A stretch of 64,000 nucleotides of DNA, taken from Marsupella aquatica (taxonomy: Eukaryota > Plantae > Marchantiophyta). The notes below the pieces were generated by a model. That model had not been told where the DNA came from. It worked only from the letters and a program-made list of their open reading frames with translations, and searched no databases. Every line of letters begins with the position of its first letter. Positions within the stretch are counted from its first letter, which is position 1. The stretch spans positions 15,382,816-15,446,815 of the forward strand of contig OZ316895.1 of NCBI GenBank assembly GCA_973895155.1, read 5' to 3'. This document shows positions 59,181 through 64,000 of the stretch, one piece after another. The translations under genes were made by a program, and so were the position numbers.

Positions 59181-60977
59181 CTTGTCACCAGCCAACGCTT
59201 CGAGTTTCTTCCGAGCCAGCTTCACAATGCTCCCGCTATCAATGTGTGGTGGCACGAACTGCGGTCATGGTGTTACTGTTCCACTCTTCTTTCAGGGTGC
59301 ACGTCTTCAGTCCCCACGCTTTGATTGCACGCCTTGTGGCCACTGCAAAGCGGGAATGCCTTGCTATCACATTGTCAAGCCCCTCTTCAACGATGTCCAT
59401 ACCTACCAAGAAACCATAGAGAAGCTGGATTGATGGTATGTAGGGCCAGTAAGTGCCCGAGCTGTAGCACTTGAGGTAGTCGGCCCAGTCAAAGAAGACT
59501 CGGAGGGCTTTGGCAGTCTTTGCTGCCTCCAGTGCCTTCGGACTCACACAAATGATTCCCAAACCTATTCCCAAACCTGCACAAATTCAGGCATAACTGT
59601 CGGTCATTATTTACGATAAGCATCTAGGTGAGAACAGACATGCAAAGGAAGGAAAGGACTGACTCATGTTTCAGTTTCCTGCCGATGGAAGAAGAAAACG
59701 AACGATAAAATTCTACATCTAATTCAATTTAGCTCTAAAGGTCGAGCCTCTTTCTGTTTGCATTGGAGAGCCTGTTCTAGTTTTCTTGTGAGTCTTCTAT
59801 CTTCAATTCTGTGCCCGCTTACACTGTTTTTATTTAGTATTGGGAGCCTTGTTCCATTAATGTCCCATGGTACTCTAGAATCATCTACAGTAAACATTAT
59901 TCCTCGTTATAACTGGTACAGTTTGAGCTAGAGCACATTCTCTTGCGAAATTCTATGATCACTACCAAACTAATGAGTAGTGCCTTGAAATTTCTCGTTG
60001 CGCTTGACTTGATTCACAGTAATGCTGTTCTCTCGAAACTCGATTAACCTAGACTAACGAATACCGATCAAACGAGAGAAACCAACTCATGTAAGAAATC
60101 ATGTGAGCTGCAAATCTCATCCACCATCCTGGAAACCAAAACAAAATTTATGCAGTTCAAGACATGTCACCTAAATGAAGGGAATTGGACCTCAGGAGCT
60201 CATTGTACGTTTAAGATAATTTCAAATAGCTGTAGAATGATGCACACAGAACTCATGAGTATTTGGATCAAACATGGACCCAAGAATTCGAACAGTTTCC
60301 AGATTAATGGTTTCTCACCAGTGGGAAGCGATAGCACCTTCTGTGACGATGTGAGAGCCACATCAACCTTCCACTCGTCCATCCTGAAATCGATGCCACC
60401 GATGGACGACACCGCATCCACCACCAGCAGGGCCGGATGGCCTACAGAATCCAAAACCCTCCGAATTCCTGCAATGTCATTTGTGACTGCAGTAGAAGTC
60501 TCATTGTGCACTACACAAATGGCTTCAATGAGGGGTTTAGGGTCGACGTCGAGCTCTTGCTATGAAGAAGCTATGAAGAACATCGGTCTGGAGTCTAGCG
60601 CTAAGACACTCAGCTCAATACCAGCTCCCCATTCGAGATCCACCACATTGACCTTGAAATTGAGGCGCTGCACCCGATCGATCCAAAGCAGGCTGATTTG
60701 GCCGAATTGGTCAGACAGAATCCTGTCACCTGGAGACAGAGTGTTGGTGAGGGCGCTCTCCCAGGCCCTGCTGCCAGTGGTCGGTATGATGAACGTCGTG
60801 CCCGTGCTGCTCTTGAATAAGCCCTTGATGTCCATGATAACGGACTCGGAGAGCTTGGGAAAGCAGGCGAAGGTCCTCATTGTTCCTGTTCATGGCTCGC
60901 ATCACTGGCGTCGGGATGTTCGTAGGGCCAGGGACGAAAAGGTGGTTTGGTCCTGATCCCGGGAAATAGCTTGCCAT
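59181..60977 (-). pseudogene. AGT1: Serine:glyoxylate (alanine:glyoxylate) aminotransferase pseudogene with one retained intron (60318-59577)
   Basis: Peptides HLFVPGPTNIP..MRAMNRNNED, AWESALTNTLSPGD, VHNETST, DFRMDEWKVDVALTSSQK, FFDWADYLK, YWPYIPSIQLLYG. Frameshifts after NEDLR and near TAV, a stop-containing insertion at about 60560-60595, and no recognisable C-terminus. Confidence 0.9.
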
Positions 60978-61909
60978 TAATTTCGATGTATGATACAATT
61001 TCGTAGAATGCAGTCAAACGTCTGGTTGAATGAATTCCCCCAACTTTACCATGTGATTTGCCAAAAAATCAGTCGAAGGTTGAAGACTGGAGCTCATGTA
61101 CAAGGTATGTATCTAAAGGAGCTCTGAATTGAATTCTCGAAAGTTGATGAATCTTCCCACACAATTATAGCATTACAAATCCAAGCACCATCCGGATTAA
61201 ATCGTGTATAATAATATTTTCAAAGAGGAGAATGGGATAAATATCGCTCTACCGTAGAGGCAGGCTACCATCCAGCGAATTTAGTAACCTTGATGATCAA
61301 CGAACATCAGGCGTCACAGGTTCGATCAACTTCGAGAAATGCTCGAGAGATCGATGCATACTAGAAACTAATAACTGGGAGTCCACACCGATCGGACGGA
61401 CGTAGTAGTTGGAAAAGTTGAGAGAGACGCAAGGAGGAATGAGACCGTTTAGACATCATCGAAAGTGAACTTCCCATGATGAATAATTTGTAGGAGCAAA
61501 TCCTGGGCCCAACGTACTAGAGTGCACAGTTCCCTCAATGAGTTTGTGTGGCCATGCAATCTTTCATGTCCAAAATTCAAGGAGCAGGAAGACGCGGTAA
61601 TTGAATCGCTAGTTACTACACGGCAAGCACTCCGATCCTACCCAATTCTAAATCGATTACTTCATAAAAGCCCTTACTTGCGGGATGAATTAGTGATGTC
61701 GTCAGCCCCAAGAAAGCAGGGAATCACACATCAAAATGTGATGATATAGGTGTGCACTCATACACTATGGTATGGAGAATGATGTATTTATCATGGTATG
61801 GAGTGGTGTGTACAATGTATACGTTATATTTTGATGTGCATTTACCGGGAACCCCCCAAAAATCTGGCACTTACAATGACATTTGGAAGTTAATGTAACA
61901 ACATGGAAC

Positions 61910-64000
61910 TTACATCGGTAGGTCCGGTTGCAAATCCCACCACAATGGATCAGGAGACTATAACAATGGATCAAGAGCCTTTATTAGCACTGTCGTCACA
62001 ACTATTCAAACACACCTTTCTAAGTCCGAGATTCTTGTCATATCTTCGGTGTCAATTTTCCTATCAAATTAGTGACGGCTGCTCTACTCTTTCCACACAC
62101 AGCTCGAGGGGACGAAGATCACTGGATCAAATTCCATGCCCTGAGCCATCAGCGTATCTAATTCTCGCAATGACTAATCGGTCGCCCAAGCGAGTTCATC
62201 TAACAGTGATTTTCCTTGCTGCAGGTGGAAGTGGGGTAGAAGCAAACACGCCACAAGCACTACACCATTCGCTCCAGTCTTTGCAGAAATTAAGAGACCT
62301 GTTAGTGACACTTCATTGGAGCCACGGTGCGATTCAAGGTGGAGCCACGGTGCTATTCTGTTACGCGACAGCTTTAGGCGAGAAACATGAATGCCTCGCC
62401 GATCCTTCACTTACTGCGGTCTGTAACTATTGTACATGGCCTCATACGCAACATGCAGACGAACATTCACAGCTGTTGACAGAGCCTGCTTCAAGTAGCC
62501 CAGACGCCAGAATCTCTTTCTCGAACAGGGCTTGGGCAGGTTGTCCTTCCCTTCTTCAACAGATCGCTCCGTTTCATGAAACTTATTTTGCTCTTTCAAA
62601 ACCTCTGCAAATTGCTCCCGACCAAACCTTTCTCCACCGTCGCCAAGATCTTTGCCTGGTATTTGAGAATCTTATCGAGCTTCTTGATGACAGTTGACGA
62701 TCTATCCATCTTCGTTGCAGTTGGGCTAATAGGTGGAATGGCCCTCCAATGTCATCCGATGCCAGTGCTGCTTTCCCATCTCGTTCCTATCAAATGAGAC
62801 CCCTGCTTCTTTTGTCAACTCGGGTGGATAGATTCCCAGACTGACAGCTTCCTACATTCCTTGCATTGATGTCGTTCGTTGCTAACATAATCACAGACGG
62901 TTCGTCCTTACGTGGACAGCAGCTATAGCAGACTTACGGCCCACAGGCCACTGCATTTTTCTTCCCATGAACTGCATTTGCACCCGCTTCTCACTTGAGC
63001 CGCTTCTGCCGCTTCTACATTTCTGTCACGGGTCTAGCATGGCCAACCATACTTCACCACTCTGTGAACATACTTCACCCGTCCACAAATCTCATGCCCA
63101 TGCCCCCAGGAGTATAATGACATGATCGTCAGTCCGGTTCACTTGCCATTGTTTTCACTTGCCTCTTTTTTCCTTTGAATTATATTCAACTTGTCTATCC
63201 CAAACTATGGCTTCATAAAAATGCTAATCTCATCAAATGTGAAGAGCCTTTTTCATTGTTAACTACAACCCTTCCATTCCTATAATCTACTATGAACGTC
63301 ATGAAATACTTACCTGCGAACTTGGAGGTCTGCTTATGTAACCCACTGTGAGCATCATCAAATAATACCAGCGAACTTTGAGGTCTGTGGTCATGAAATA
63401 CTTACCTGCGAACTTAGAGGTCTGCTCACGATCAAAAGGGCTCACCCACATTTGATGAGACTAGCATTTTTGTGAAGCCACAGTTCAGGAAAGACGAGTT
63501 GGATATAATTCAAAGGAAACAATGCCAAGTGAACTTGGCTGACGATCATGTCACGATGACATTGGTGCAAGAGTCATCTCATTTTGTTTAGGCAAGATAG
63601 CGATCAAATCTTCAGCATCTTGAACTCCACCTCGTTCTGAGGGTGCGGGACGAGGAAAGGACACTGAATGTGCCCTGGGTGGGCTCTCACTTGTTTGATT
63701 GGTATATAGAGCCTGCATTTGAAGCACAATATCGTCACGAGTCACAGCCCTATTCCGGGCATCCTGTACTTTCCGCAAAAACCTTTTCCGAGACTCCAAT
63801 ATGGATTCCTCGGCACTGGGGTCTTGTATGCCTCAGTCAAATGCAGTGGCTTGATAAGACATTGCTTCCCAACTTTGGTGAGCATTGTAGACCAAGGTTG
63901 GAAAGAAAAAGTTTGAAGTGGCAGAAGCTCCCATGCCAGTCCAGATCATGGCTGAAGATCACACACAAGACAACCAGAACTTCAGAAAGTTTCCACAAAG
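61910..64000 (-). pseudogene. Decayed coding sequence of an unidentified gene
   Basis: Protein-like minus-strand blocks broken by stops and frameshifts (ESRKRFLRKVQDARNRAV, VIKKLDKILKYQAKILA, FWRLGYLKQAL, KALDPL..WWDLQPDLP) and strong CAG|GTAAGT donors near 63313 and 63405. Confidence 0.35.

Noticed and set aside
60150-60956. 268-aa plus-strand ORF
   Set aside because: Antisense shadow of the AGT pseudogene.
61903-62697. 264-aa plus-strand ORF
   Set aside because: No motif, non-ATG-independent support lacking, spans micro-duplications, and splice signals favour the minus strand.

Overview
Eukaryotic nuclear DNA from a land plant, probably seed-free (inferred from spliceosomal introns, plant-type genes and a KIF7/KIF27-like kinesin). 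Intact-looking genes: the 3' part of a multi-exon kinesin-4 (+), then TRM10, a 56-aa organellar L33 missed by the ORF track, chloroplast CPN20 and a CPL1-like CTD phosphatase (all four with intronless CDS), and a 3-exon SMP/LEA gene. Decayed genes: a serine:glyoxylate aminotransferase pseudogene and an unidentified gene remnant at the right end. Mobile DNA: two full-length Ty1/copia elements with LTRs and TSDs but nonsense-disrupted gag-pol (Bianca-like 8956-15818; Tnt1/Tork-like 21078-27888), two solo LTRs, a long-TIR element and gypsy remnants. Best leads: (1) a possible shared or bicistronic rpl33-TRM10 transcription unit; (2) a double-ENE-like triple-helix element and an inosine-matched half-tRNA-Ile primer site in the Bianca element; (3) a tandem array multiplying ABRE/G-boxes upstream of the LEA gene. 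Everything was read by eye; no database search was run.
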